From positions 9,567-72,934 of the forward strand of contig JBHLQM010000007.1 of NCBI GenBank assembly GCA_048884785.1: a DNA stretch of 63,368 nt. The letters are read 5' to 3'. The translations under genes were made by a program, and so were the position numbers. The notes under the pieces were generated by a model. The model saw only the letters and a list, made by a program, of their open reading frames with translations. It ran no database searches and was not told where the DNA came from. Each line of letters opens with the position of its first letter. Within the stretch, counting starts at the first letter, position 1. Positions 1 to 10,026 of the stretch are shown here, one piece after another. This DNA is from Candidatus Thorarchaeota archaeon. Lineage in GTDB: Archaea; Asgardarchaeota; Thorarchaeia; Thorarchaeales; Thorarchaeaceae.

Positions 1-4
1 CGCA

Positions 5-400
5 TTATATTTCAAAAATAGAAACTGAAGTTTCAAGGTTTTTTGCGGCTTGAACACATTCGTTCATAATGCCAAATTTGTCTTGATCCATTGGAACAAA
101 GGCGCATACGTACCAAATGCCTTTGCCGGTGCCCATTACCAAGGAAGTTGCTCCTTGAGGATTGATTGTTACAAGCCCTTGTTTATCGTTCAATGCAACT
201 AGTAGATTCATGTATTTCAAAGTGAACTGCTGAAGCTCACCAGCCCAAGCCCTCAGAATGAGATTCAGTTCTTCTTCAGATAATTGCATATTTTCAGTTG
301 AAAATCCAAGTTTGCGTTCATAAGTGAAGGCACAAGCACCCAAGATGCAATCGTAATTAGATATCATGATATCAATTGCCCTTTTGACACGTACAGACAT
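5..400 (-). CDS. Profilin-like protein (Asgard-type, divergent)
   Basis: 131 aa from the ATG at 400. Pattern N-terminal helix, beta strands, STENMQL, helix ending AW, INPQG-x3-LV, YVCAFVP, C-terminal helix resembles Asgard profilins. A roadblock/longin-like fold is not excluded. Confidence 0.6.
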   Translation of the reverse strand: MSVRVKRAIDIMISNYDCILGACAFTYERKLGFSTENMQLSEEELNLILRAWAGELQQFTLKYMNLLVALNDKQGLVTINPQGATSLVMGTGKGIWYVCAFVPMDQDKFGIMNECVQAAKNLETSVSIFEI

Positions 401-457
401 TGACCAAACCAACTATGTCTTAGTTGCAAAGAAGAAATACGTTCTCTGTTTGTCTAT

Positions 458-1054
458 CTATGACGAGGCCATGTTAATTGCCTTGGCCATGAGTATTGAC
501 CTGCTATGCAATTCCTCGTTGTCAACCCAAGTAACGAAACGGTTGTGGTAGACTGACATTCCGTGCCTAAGAGCAATATTCCGGATATTAGGTGAGTCAA
601 TTGGGGAGGACTCAAGTCTGTAAATAAACCAGTTCTGAGGATCATTGCTCCTAATTCTACAAATAATTGAAAGCTCAACTCCATTTTCAAGCAAAAGTCT
701 GAATCGCTTTCCGAAAATTGGTCTGACCTTGACTTTTGAGCCAAAAACGCCTCTAAGAACACCCAAGGTGTATGAAACTGCCGGGGCAGGAAGAAATGCC
801 CAAATCCACAATGCATATGCGAAAACCATTATCGCAAAGGCAAGGAAGAATCCGACAGTATTGAAAGAATAAACAATTTCAATCCCTTGCGCCCATCCTG
901 AATCAAAGTATGAAGGCACATCCTCTGAAATTGTGTATATACCTGGGCTATAGAATATATAGAAAGTGACAGTAAATACAATCATGACGGTGGCTAGCGC
1001 TATCCTCTGCCTGTCTCTGTAGAGACCCTTTGCATGGACCAATAGGCTATCCAT
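458..1054 (-). CDS. Hypothetical membrane protein (2 N-terminal TM helices plus soluble domain)
   Basis: 198 aa ORF with two hydrophobic segments; 1 nt gap to the upstream gene suggests an operon. Confidence 0.7.
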   Translation of the reverse strand: MDSLLVHAKGLYRDRQRIALATVMIVFTVTFYIFYSPGIYTISEDVPSYFDSGWAQGIEIVYSFNTVGFFLAFAIMVFAYALWIWAFLPAPAVSYTLGVLRGVFGSKVKVRPIFGKRFRLLLENGVELSIICRIRSNDPQNWFIYRLESSPIDSPNIRNIALRHGMSVYHNRFVTWVDNEELHSRSILMAKAINMASS

Positions 1055-1055
1055 C

Positions 1056-1409
1056 TTACTCTTCCTCTAGTGATTTTTCATAGATCTTTTTTGTTGCCGC
1101 CCCGTACTTGCGACACATATCAACCAGCAACGCTAGGAGCGGATGCTCATTGTTGATTCTGATCGCATATAGTTTCGGAGTAAGCTGATCTATCATGATC
1201 ATCTCGTTTTCTTGCAGATGCGCGAGCACGCCTCGGTACAGACTTCTTGATTTTCCACTATAGCCAATAAGTCGGCTAAGCTGGACCCCAGACACACTAC
1301 GAGGATATACATGCGCCAGAGCGTTTAGGATTGACCTTCTCGTATCATTGAGGGAGGACAATAGCTGCACTAGCTCGTATATCGAATGCAGTGTATCGTT
1401 ATCATCCAT
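1056..1409 (-). CDS. Winged helix-turn-helix DNA-binding protein
   Basis: RRSILNAL...SGVQLSRLIG...LQENEMI followed by a wing hairpin. The ATG at 1409 (MDDND) is preferred over the ORF-track start at 1478. Confidence 0.65.
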   Translation of the reverse strand: MDDNDTLHSIYELVQLLSSLNDTRRSILNALAHVYPRSVSGVQLSRLIGYSGKSRSLYRGVLAHLQENEMIMIDQLTPKLYAIRINNEHPLLALLVDMCRKYGAATKKIYEKSLEEE

Positions 1410-1597
1410 TACTCTCAACCGTCTATCAATATTTATGTGCGAGCAAGCACACAACCCCGGTGTTGCCTTGTCACACATCCGAGCTATTTTTGTCTTCCTA
1501 GCGAAATCGATTTTTCGGTAGTCGTAAATCCTGCATAAGTTAATAGGTGAATATCAATGAATAATGTTGGAATCCTTTCTAGGAGAGATTAAGGACA

Positions 1598-2173
1598 ATG
1601 GGTTTCGGGTCAAAATACTTTGGATGGCTTGCCACTGTATTAATTATCTTGGCAGCCAGCTGGTTCCTGCTCCCTGCAGGGTATGAAACACTTATTCTCT
1701 GGCTTTCTCCACAATTGGGTAATTATGTTAGACCTGCAATGGTATTGGTCAGTGCCGTATTAGTAAATCCACTGAACAATCTACTAATGGTCGCGATTTG
1801 GGGAATTGCTGGATTCATTGGTGGTGTCATAGCTGGAACAAAGAAGGGTGCATTTGTTGTAGGTTTCTTTGCATGGTTCACAGTAATGCTTCTCCTTGCA
1901 TTTTCTGTTTTTCAGCTAATAACAGCCGGGTTAAACTTGGGTTCACTCCCACCACTGCCGCCCGGAACATCACTCGCTGATGTCTTGGGAATTCCTATTG
2001 TACAATCATTGATAGGAGAGCTTCTCACGCTAATTGGAGGACTTGGTGGCGGCGGAGGAATGCCGAACATTTTCACCATAATCACACCTTTGATTATTTG
2101 GTTTGTAACGCCGATTATTGTTGTTATTGTAACAGCGATAATTGGAGCCGCAGTAAGGCCAAAGGAGCGATGA
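1598..2173 (+). CDS. Multi-pass membrane protein, hypothetical
   Basis: 191 aa with 4-5 hydrophobic helices; purine-rich RBS-like sequence upstream. Confidence 0.75.
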   Translation: MGFGSKYFGWLATVLIILAASWFLLPAGYETLILWLSPQLGNYVRPAMVLVSAVLVNPLNNLLMVAIWGIAGFIGGVIAGTKKGAFVVGFFAWFTVMLLLAFSVFQLITAGLNLGSLPPLPPGTSLADVLGIPIVQSLIGELLTLIGGLGGGGGMPNIFTIITPLIIWFVTPIIVVIVTAIIGAAVRPKER

Positions 2174-2177
2174 AAAA

Positions 2178-3809
2178 ATGAAGAACGTAATACAGCACGC
2201 ATTTGTACTGCTCGTAATGGGTTTCTTGATTGCAGCACCATTATCTGCAGCCGCCAATCCTACATACACATTGGCACAGGATGGAGTCGATATTAATAGT
2301 CTTCTTGAAGGGCTATTCACCAATGGTGCCGAGATTATCTTTGCCAACATTGATGATCAGGGAGTGCCAGGTGTAATCTATGGTCAATTGGGCATTCCAT
2401 CAGAAGCGCTTGCCCTAACTGACGAAATGTATGATGGCTGCATTGCCATGGCCTTGGTTTCCACCCAAGGTGAGTTCTTGAATTTGGTATTCGAACTGAT
2501 TGGTGAAGGCATGCTTGATGGTGGAGGCGATGGCGGAGGGTTCGCGCTCGCGCAAGATGGCGGTTCACCCTTTGATCAGATCATTGGTATGCTTGGAACT
2601 GAATTCAACCTTCTCATCAATGTGTTTGTCAATGTTGACGAAGCGACATCACTTGGCAGGATGAATAATATCCTTTCACACATGACATCCGAATTCGGAT
2701 TCAGTTTTGTCAACATATTAAATCTTAGAATAGATGAGAGCCTTTTCCCACCGGAAGCCGAAATTGAGCTCCCATTTGATTCAATTGATGTATACATTAA
2801 CCAAGAGACACACGAATTTGATATCGCAGTAGATACAATGCTGGATGTGATGAGTCCTGATGGATTCCTTCCTGCAATTGACCGAACTAAATTCACTCAA
2901 GCATTTGCATCTGCTAGTGCATTAATAGCTATCCCAGATATGGCTGAAGTGGTAGAGCTAATCAATAGCTTTGGTGGCGGTGGAGAACCCGTTCCTCCGC
3001 TGTTTCATTTGGCGCAGGTTCCATTTGAAGGATTTGAAGGGCCCATTGCCCTAGCAGCTGCAGGTTATCTGGGTGAGCAATACCTCTCGGCCTCCGATAC
3101 ATCCTTGCATGTTGAGGATCTTCTCGGAGTCACTGGGACACTGGAACCACTTCCGACTGGAAACTCACTGGTCGTAGCGAAACTACCTTACACTTTGAAT
3201 ATAACATCCTTCAGTCCTAATGTTGAGGGACAATCATTCTATGAGAATGAATCGAATATGGTGATCTGGAATTCCACCGCACTCGGTGTTCAGAGTGATT
3301 ACATCATAAACTTTGATGAAGGTGAGTTTCCGCCGCAAATCTCCATTGATAGGGAATTCTCGCCAGATAGTACTACTCCGGGTGGTTCAACTACAGTCAC
3401 CGTAACTGTGACAAATGAAGGCACTGATCCAATCGCTAATCTTTCAGTAGTAGATGACCAGCTTGCTGCAGTATACAGCACTGTAGCTGTAACAGGAACA
3501 ACGTCGCAAAACTTTGCCTCCCTCGCCGCTGGCGCGACTGCAACAATCACCTATACAGTCACATTTGCAAACGAAGGTGGCTACGGCTTTGCACCTGTTG
3601 AAATATCCTACGAGTTTGACGGAGACACCTACAGCAAGAGATCAACCAGACAAGGCTACACAGTGGAGCCTGACATAGGCGGTCTTTTATGGGGCGGTAT
3701 AATGGATGGAATGCCGTATACCGGAGTTGCCCTCGGTGTGGTCGCATTGGTTGGGATCTATGCGATATGGGGTCTCACAAAAAGTCGTGCAGGTCGATAT
3801 CAAGTCTAG
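2178..3809 (+). CDS. Secreted, C-terminally anchored acidic surface protein with Ig-like (DUF11/CARDB/BatD-like) domain
   Basis: N-terminal signal peptide, acidic body, Ig-like segment TVTVTVTNEG...LAAGATATITYTV, C-terminal TM helix and basic tail. Confidence 0.75.
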   Translation: MKNVIQHAFVLLVMGFLIAAPLSAAANPTYTLAQDGVDINSLLEGLFTNGAEIIFANIDDQGVPGVIYGQLGIPSEALALTDEMYDGCIAMALVSTQGEFLNLVFELIGEGMLDGGGDGGGFALAQDGGSPFDQIIGMLGTEFNLLINVFVNVDEATSLGRMNNILSHMTSEFGFSFVNILNLRIDESLFPPEAEIELPFDSIDVYINQETHEFDIAVDTMLDVMSPDGFLPAIDRTKFTQAFASASALIAIPDMAEVVELINSFGGGGEPVPPLFHLAQVPFEGFEGPIALAAAGYLGEQYLSASDTSLHVEDLLGVTGTLEPLPTGNSLVVAKLPYTLNITSFSPNVEGQSFYENESNMVIWNSTALGVQSDYIINFDEGEFPPQISIDREFSPDSTTPGGSTTVTVTVTNEGTDPIANLSVVDDQLAAVYSTVAVTGTTSQNFASLAAGATATITYTVTFANEGGYGFAPVEISYEFDGDTYSKRSTRQGYTVEPDIGGLLWGGIMDGMPYTGVALGVVALVGIYAIWGLTKSRAGRYQV

Positions 3810-3817
3810 TACGTTAG

Positions 3818-3860
3818 ACGACTTCCGGCAGCAAGCCGGAAGTCGTTCTTTCTCCTTTCT
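3818..3860 (+). terminator. Hairpin plus T-rich tract, putative terminator
   Basis: Perfect 12-bp stem ACGACTTCCGGC/GCCGGAAGTCGT (3818-3829/3835-3846), 5-nt loop, then TCTTTCTCCTTTCT, just after the stop at 3809. Confidence 0.65.
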
Positions 3861-3914
3861 AATCATTTATCGCCTAGTTTATCTGTAAAAACTAATTTCC
3901 TCAACTGAACTCAT

Positions 3915-4841
3915 ATGCCGCTACGTGATGAACTGGATGGCTACCTCAGATTGCCTCGGAATTTTTTCGGAATTCCGGCTCCTCGAGATGGTTTACCTGA
4001 TGTTGCTATCCTGGGGATTCCATATGATATTACATCAAGCCATACCCCCGGATGCAGATTTGGTCCAGATGCCATTCGTGTTGCGACAGATTCCGAGAGG
4101 TCTCATAGCTATCCGCTATCAATCGGTGGATCAAGTCATCTTCGTCAAGACTCATTGAAAGAGTCACTGACCATTGAGGATATCGGAGACCTAGAAGTGG
4201 GAGTTCAATCCCCTGAATCGGTTTCAGTTCACATTTCGGATGCAGCTTCCATTCTAGCTGCAAAGAATTGCAGTCTTCTTTTCTTGGGAGGAGATCATTT
4301 CATAACATATCCAATTATCAAGGGTCTCAAGCGTGGGACCAAGGAATCCATAGGTCTACTGTATTTTGATGCACATGCTGATTTCTATGATGACTTAGGC
4401 GGACTGACTCTTTCACATGCATCAACGCTCAAGAGACTAGTTGAGAGTAAATCGATTGCTCTTGAGCATGTACTGGCATATGATCTTAGGAGTGTAACAC
4501 CTGATCAGAAGGAGTCTCTTGGCTCAGGCATTTGCGCAGCTGATAGGAGTTCATTTGAGTCTTCTCTGAACCGAATTGCAGACGCTGTGGATAGATTATA
4601 CATTTCCGTGGATCTTGATGTTCTATCTCCTCACATTGTGCCGGCTGTTGCGCATCCTGAATCGGGAGGTTTGAGCATGGAGACCCTTGTCGAATTGATT
4701 CAAATTGTATTCCAGACAGGAAAGGTCAGATATGCAGATATTGTTGAATTCAATCCGCTGCTTGACAACTCTCGAATTACATCCATTGCTGCACGCGATA
4801 TTATCAAGGAACTGCTGACTGGATTTGCGTACAATAAGTAA
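3915..4841 (+). CDS. speB: Agmatinase / arginase-family ureohydrolase
   Basis: Motifs GIPYD, GCRFGP, GGDH, DAHAD, SHAS, SVDLDVL and VEFNP. The substrate is not certain. Confidence 0.8.
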   Translation: MPLRDELDGYLRLPRNFFGIPAPRDGLPDVAILGIPYDITSSHTPGCRFGPDAIRVATDSERSHSYPLSIGGSSHLRQDSLKESLTIEDIGDLEVGVQSPESVSVHISDAASILAAKNCSLLFLGGDHFITYPIIKGLKRGTKESIGLLYFDAHADFYDDLGGLTLSHASTLKRLVESKSIALEHVLAYDLRSVTPDQKESLGSGICAADRSSFESSLNRIADAVDRLYISVDLDVLSPHIVPAVAHPESGGLSMETLVELIQIVFQTGKVRYADIVEFNPLLDNSRITSIAARDIIKELLTGFAYNK

Positions 4842-4975
4842 GTAATATAAGCAGTAAACTTGGTCATGGATGAAAGTAAGGCCTTAATTGCTATGCCTGC
4901 CCTCTCAGTCTGGTTATGGACTGAAAATACGAAGGCTTTCTTAAACAGACATGCAATTTCACAGGGATGATTTAG

Positions 4976-6346
4976 ATGGTTGATTACGATGTTATTGTTG
5001 CTGGAGCCGGGACTGGTGGTGCAACCACAGCATACACACTGGCGAAAAAAGGGCGATCTGTGCTTCTTATAGACAGAAAGGAAAAGGAGAAGATTGGAGA
5101 TAAGACCTGCGGAGATGCATTGGGAAATCATCACATTCTGGAATTACGACATCTTGTTGGACTACCCGAAGTTCCAAAGGATATCATAGAACATGAAGTA
5201 AATGGTATTGATCTGATTTCACCTGATAGAGAGCATAGGCTGAGAATGCAGGGGCCAACAACAACAGGAATGTCGTTTAACAGATTAAAAATGGGGCAGT
5301 GGTTTCTCAGGCTTGCAGAGAAGGAGGGTGTCGAAGTCATGGCATCCACTCGAGTCAAGAATCCACTATTTGAGGGTGGCAAGGTTTCAGGCGTCAAAAT
5401 CATGGATCCGAAGGGAAATGATAGAGACATCACATCACGCATAGTAGTAGATGCAACTGGTGCCACTGGTATGCTGAGGAGACAGCTGAAGGAGAACACT
5501 CCAATAGAACGTGTCATCAATAAAGAAGACCAAATGGTGGCATGGAGAGATATCTACGAGACTCCTGAATTTGACTTCGAAACCCCAGATATACTTGAGA
5601 TATTCTGGAACCAAGAGGAAACCCTCGGGGGCTATACTTGGATCTTCCCGCAAGGCAAGAATCGGGTCAATGTAGGTGCCGGTGTTATGACAATTCAGGG
5701 GCACCGGAAACCACAAGATATCATGAAGAACTTCGTTGAACCCAACTGGAATTTCTACAAAACAAAACTGAATATTATGGATAGTAGTGGTGGTGTTGCT
5801 CCAATACGTCGGCCTATTGATACAATGGTTGATGATAACTTCATGCTTGTTGGAGATGCAGCATGTCAGGTCAACCCGATACATGGAGGCGGAATCGGTT
5901 CATCCCTTCTAGGTGGAGCTCTCGCAGGACTAACTGCTGCTGAAGCCTTAGAAAAGAATGATACCTCAATCGGTGCGCTTTGGGGATACAATCCCAAGTA
6001 TATGGAGATGTATGGTGGAAAGCAGGCGTCTCTCGATGTGTTTAGATGGTTTCTCCTGAATATAACAAATGATGACATAGATTACGCTTTCAGAAAGCAA
6101 ATCATCAAGGCAAGTGATCTCCTGGATACAAGCATGACTGGAAAAATGACTATTGGGTCAGGAGAGAAATTCAAGCGTCTTCTATCAGGTTTTGGAAATA
6201 TTCCTCTTCTGAGGAGAGTTCAGAAAATTGCCCATCTAATGGAAGATATACGCGAACTCTATAATCAATATCCTGATTCTATCAAGGGATTGCCAGACTG
6301 GCAAAAGAGGCTTTGGCCAATCTATGATGCGGCCAAGAAGTTGTAG
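4976..6346 (+). CDS. Geranylgeranyl reductase family flavoprotein (DGGGPL reductase-like)
   Basis: GAGTGG Rossmann motif, KTCGD, DATG, GGYTWIFP, GDAACQVNPIHGGGI. Confidence 0.9.
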   Translation: MVDYDVIVAGAGTGGATTAYTLAKKGRSVLLIDRKEKEKIGDKTCGDALGNHHILELRHLVGLPEVPKDIIEHEVNGIDLISPDREHRLRMQGPTTTGMSFNRLKMGQWFLRLAEKEGVEVMASTRVKNPLFEGGKVSGVKIMDPKGNDRDITSRIVVDATGATGMLRRQLKENTPIERVINKEDQMVAWRDIYETPEFDFETPDILEIFWNQEETLGGYTWIFPQGKNRVNVGAGVMTIQGHRKPQDIMKNFVEPNWNFYKTKLNIMDSSGGVAPIRRPIDTMVDDNFMLVGDAACQVNPIHGGGIGSSLLGGALAGLTAAEALEKNDTSIGALWGYNPKYMEMYGGKQASLDVFRWFLLNITNDDIDYAFRKQIIKASDLLDTSMTGKMTIGSGEKFKRLLSGFGNIPLLRRVQKIAHLMEDIRELYNQYPDSIKGLPDWQKRLWPIYDAAKKL

Positions 6347-6404
6347 TGGATGTCTCAGGTCAAATGTGCACTATGAGCATTTCTGAGGTCCGGGGGGTCG
6401 TAAA

Positions 6405-7358
6405 TTGAAAACTGTAGGTAAAGCTGTGGGAGTTTCCATTGCAATCCCGAGCGATGCCTATTATTCATTTTTCAATAGCCCCTATGTTGGACATCAGCAA
6501 AGTAGCTCTTTAGACATTTATCCCGCACACGGTGAGTGGGGAGGCTCAGGATTTTCTCCTGTTTCAGGGAGAGTTACAATTGTTCGTCGATTCAAGATGG
6601 GGAGGAAGAAGGATTTTGTCACATCAGATTATGACTATGCCATAGGAATCCAGCCATCGAATGATGAAGAGCATCTAGTTCGCTTACTGCACTGTCATCC
6701 TGTTGTCAAAAGAGGTGATTCCATTGAGGCCGGGGAAGAAGTCGGCTCACTGATACGATCTAGGTATTTTAATTTCTGGACCGCCCCCCATTATCATATA
6801 GACGTGATGACATCAAGAGATTTTAATCGATCTTCACAATCTCATACAATCACATCAGCCATCAATCTAAGTCCTGGGATTAAGATTCACGGACAATATC
6901 CCCTTAACGAGGTTGATTGGACAATAAGATCAGTCACTGCAGATTGTGCAATTGCATCATCTTCAAGATTGAAGTTTGGTGAATTGGATGGCATCTATGG
7001 ACACATTGGGGAGATTGGATCAGGAGTAGCTGGGCTTCTTGATGGAGGGATAAATCACTATCCACTTTGCGGCTTTTTTGGAGCAAATGGAAACATCGGG
7101 ATGGTGCACATTGGTAACGAAATAATAGGTTCACTGGATGGGAATCCAAGGGGTGCCCCATTTTTCCATCAAAATAGACTTCATTCAATTTTTCTGGATG
7201 AATTAAAAATCAGAGGAATATCGACCTACATTGCTTCCAAACACCAGCTAGTATCTGGTCTTCTTCCTCTGAAACTAATCCCACTTGAATACAAGGGATT
7301 TGAGAATTTGTTGAAAGAAGGCGATACATGTAGGCTTATTCTTCTTCCCCATGGCTAA
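6405..7358 (+). CDS. Hypothetical protein with M23/LytM-like hybrid fold
   Basis: H..D segment (GHQQSSSLDIY), SPVSGRV, VKRGDSIEAGEEVG and PHYH, as in M23-like proteins. Confidence 0.55.
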   Translation: MKTVGKAVGVSIAIPSDAYYSFFNSPYVGHQQSSSLDIYPAHGEWGGSGFSPVSGRVTIVRRFKMGRKKDFVTSDYDYAIGIQPSNDEEHLVRLLHCHPVVKRGDSIEAGEEVGSLIRSRYFNFWTAPHYHIDVMTSRDFNRSSQSHTITSAINLSPGIKIHGQYPLNEVDWTIRSVTADCAIASSSRLKFGELDGIYGHIGEIGSGVAGLLDGGINHYPLCGFFGANGNIGMVHIGNEIIGSLDGNPRGAPFFHQNRLHSIFLDELKIRGISTYIASKHQLVSGLLPLKLIPLEYKGFENLLKEGDTCRLILLPHG

Positions 7359-7635
7359 CGATTTGATCCTCTTCAAGGGTCATACTCCATGGCCCCAGAC
7401 CGGATACCCACCAAAAGAGAACAACCCCAATATCGATGACAATCACCCAGAGGGCTGCGGTCCAGAAGAACTGGAATATCAACTCATATTCTGTTGCCGG
7501 AGGTCGTCCCCATGCTAGAAGTGAGAAGAACATGCCAATTTCAACAAAGATGCCAATTAGTATTGCAATCTGAGTAAATAACAGCATTTTCTGCTCTGTG
7601 ACGAATGTCTTGAATCTTGTTGCAGCCTTCATCAC
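7336..7635 (-). CDS. Small membrane protein (2 TM)
   Basis: 99 aa ORF with two hydrophobic helices; overlaps the convergent gene by 23 nt. Confidence 0.6.
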   Translation of the reverse strand: MMKAATRFKTFVTEQKMLLFTQIAILIGIFVEIGMFFSLLAWGRPPATEYELIFQFFWTAALWVIVIDIGVVLFWWVSGLGPWSMTLEEDQIVSHGEEE

Positions 7636-7726
7636 AAATACCCGTAGAATGTCTAATCAAACCTCAATATAGTTCTTTGGTGACATCACCCATAACAACA
7701 ATGTTAAGGCTTTTCGAATACCAGAT

Positions 7727-8719
7727 GTGATGGTTCAATTGGTAGAATACGTAAGGATTTCACTCGGAACTGCACTTCTTCTAGGTTTACTAGATGGCAC
7801 TCCCCCTGGCAATTTTGCAACTGTTTTTCTCATGACCTACAACGAAGAAGGTTGTCGAGCCAATTGTGCATTTTGCCCTCAGGCATTGGAGAGCAGCTCA
7901 AGTCCTGAGATGCTATCAAGAATTGGATGGCCACAATATAGACTAAAAGATGTTGTAGATTCCATACCGGAAACCAAAGGAATTCAGCGAATCTGTATAC
8001 AATCTCTCAATTATCCAAATGCCATTCAAGATGTTAAAGATATCAGCAAGAGAGTTCGTTCCGTATCAGATGCGCCTATGTCAACCTGTATTCATCCTAT
8101 TTCTAAAAAGGAAATGAGTGGCCTAAAACGGGATGGAATAAACAATATTGGAATCGCAATTGATGCATGTACACCTGGTCTCTTTGATTCAGTCAAAGGG
8201 GTATTTAGAAATGGACCATATTCATGGGAAAGTCATTTCGCGGCAATCCGAAACGCTCAGCAGGTTTTTGGGAAATCCAATGTCACCACACATTTGATAA
8301 TTGGTTTGGGAGAGTCAGAGGAGGATGCAGCGAGATTTCTCTTTAGAATGAATGAAATGGGAGTCAAGGTAGGTCTCTTTGCATTCACAAGTATCAAAGG
8401 GACAGCATTTGAACAACGGCATCAGCCAGATCTAAAGAAATATAGACGTATACAGGCGCTTCGACATCTGATAAGTCAAGGAAGAATCACTGAGGAAGAC
8501 ATATCATTCGACCATATTGGAGTCATGAAATTCAAGTCGGATCCGAATTCTCTTAGAGAAAGCTTATCATCGGGCGGAGCATTTCGTGTGACTGGATGCC
8601 CTGGATGCAATCGTCCCTATTACAACGAACGCCCTAAAGGACCGATGTTCAACTATCCCAGACCCCTCACTGACGATGAACTTGCTGAGGCACTAAAAGA
8701 TACAGGCTTGGTGAATTGA
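7727..8719 (+). CDS. lipS2: Radical SAM protein, archaeal lipoyl synthase subunit LipS2-like
   Basis: CxxxCxxC motif (CRANCAFC) and C-terminal TGCPGCNRP matching the LipS2 TxGCPxC(N/D)RP-type motif; overlaps lplA. Confidence 0.8.
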   Translation: MMVQLVEYVRISLGTALLLGLLDGTPPGNFATVFLMTYNEEGCRANCAFCPQALESSSSPEMLSRIGWPQYRLKDVVDSIPETKGIQRICIQSLNYPNAIQDVKDISKRVRSVSDAPMSTCIHPISKKEMSGLKRDGINNIGIAIDACTPGLFDSVKGVFRNGPYSWESHFAAIRNAQQVFGKSNVTTHLIIGLGESEEDAARFLFRMNEMGVKVGLFAFTSIKGTAFEQRHQPDLKKYRRIQALRHLISQGRITEEDISFDHIGVMKFKSDPNSLRESLSSGGAFRVTGCPGCNRPYYNERPKGPMFNYPRPLTDDELAEALKDTGLVN

Positions 8720-9489
8720 AAATCGAAGAATTCAGGTTTCTTGACCTAGAAGTGAATAACGCCTTTCGAAATATGGCAATTGATGAAGCCATAATGCTCT
8801 CGGTTAAAGATGGTAAATCACTACCGACTCTAAGGTTTTACCGATGGAAACCTTCTGCTGTATCAGTGGGTACCTTTCAAAGTATGCTGGATGAAGTTGA
8901 TGTTGAGTTCTGTAAAAGAAACAACATTGATTGCATAAGACGTATCACCGGCGGCGGGGCAGTATACCATGATTTTAATGGGGAAATCACATACAGCATC
9001 ATTCTTCCGAAAGGTCACAGACTAGCACCTGATGATATCATAAAATCATACAAAATAATATGTCAAGGGATAATACGAGCACTAAGCAATCTTGGTATCC
9101 CCTCTGAGTTCAAGCCAATAAACGATGTTATCAGTGGCGGAAAAAAGGTATCAGGAAATGCACAAACAAGAAGGCACTCTTGCGTACTGCAACATGGGAC
9201 TACACTACTCAATCTTGATGTTGAGTTAATGTTCAGCATTCTAAAGGTCCCACAAGAGAAGATCTCAGACAAAATGATAGCAGATGTCAAGGACCGAGTA
9301 ACATCAGTATCTGATGTTCTTGAGAGAAGAGTGGCTATTGGAGAACTACGGAATGCTCTTCAATATGGCTTCTCAGAAGCACTGGCAATCAAACTAACCA
9401 AAGGCGAATTATCGACGGACGAGGAAAGAATGGCCAAAGAGCTTGAGAGTTCCAAGTATAGGAGTACTGACTGGAATTTCTCGAGGTGA
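8716..9489 (+). CDS. lplA: Lipoate-protein ligase A, catalytic domain
   Basis: NMAIDEA, RRITGGGAVYHD, KKVSGNAQ, HGT motifs. Confidence 0.92.
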   Translation: MKIEEFRFLDLEVNNAFRNMAIDEAIMLSVKDGKSLPTLRFYRWKPSAVSVGTFQSMLDEVDVEFCKRNNIDCIRRITGGGAVYHDFNGEITYSIILPKGHRLAPDDIIKSYKIICQGIIRALSNLGIPSEFKPINDVISGGKKVSGNAQTRRHSCVLQHGTTLLNLDVELMFSILKVPQEKISDKMIADVKDRVTSVSDVLERRVAIGELRNALQYGFSEALAIKLTKGELSTDEERMAKELESSKYRSTDWNFSR

Positions 9490-9493
9490 TGGA

Positions 9494-9766
9494 ATGAGAA
9501 GTTCGGCATACAAGGTCCCAGAAGGCAAGCTAATAAAAGTGAAACTTTGGGTGACCAATGAATCGATTTCAAAAATCATTATTGCTGGAGACTTCTTCCT
9601 TCATCCAGAAGAAACTATAACACTGATTGAAGAGAATCTGATTGGTACTCATCTCAATGCAAAGAGCCTAGAAACTTCAATTAGATCTTGTTTGGCAGAC
9701 GCTGGTGGAATATTGATTGGTGCCACTCCAAAGGATATTGCAGATGCAATAATGATTGCGAAATGA
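9494..9766 (+). CDS. lplB: Lipoate-protein ligase C-terminal (LplB-type) accessory subunit
   Basis: KVPEGKLIKV...IAGDFFLHPEE; ATG at 9494 lies 4 nt after the lplA stop. Confidence 0.8.
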   Translation: MRSSAYKVPEGKLIKVKLWVTNESISKIIIAGDFFLHPEETITLIEENLIGTHLNAKSLETSIRSCLADAGGILIGATPKDIADAIMIAK

Positions 9767-10026
9767 TAGTTGCATACTCGCTAAGATTTCAATCTTGTCG
9801 ACTCAACATGTTCTAGTTCCACTTCTTCATCATCAGCGGTCAATCAGATTGGTCAAACCTGAGTTATGTTCTCGTATTTCAGGCTTTTAGTACATTATCT
9901 TGATGAATGGCTATTCTACTGTATTTTGCAGAAAAATCGGCCTACAGAAAACTTCATCACAAAAGATGCAACATACTACCGTTTGGGAAACACGGATGTA
10001 AATAAGCGAAACATGGATGTGAATAT

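Noticed and set aside
9487-9496. UGA read-through (selenocysteine) joining lplA and lplB
   Set aside because: lplB is in a different frame and has its own ATG; split ligases are known.
9767-10026. Possible gene remnant on the minus strand
   Set aside because: Only a ~20-codon stretch bounded by stops, with no recognisable motif.
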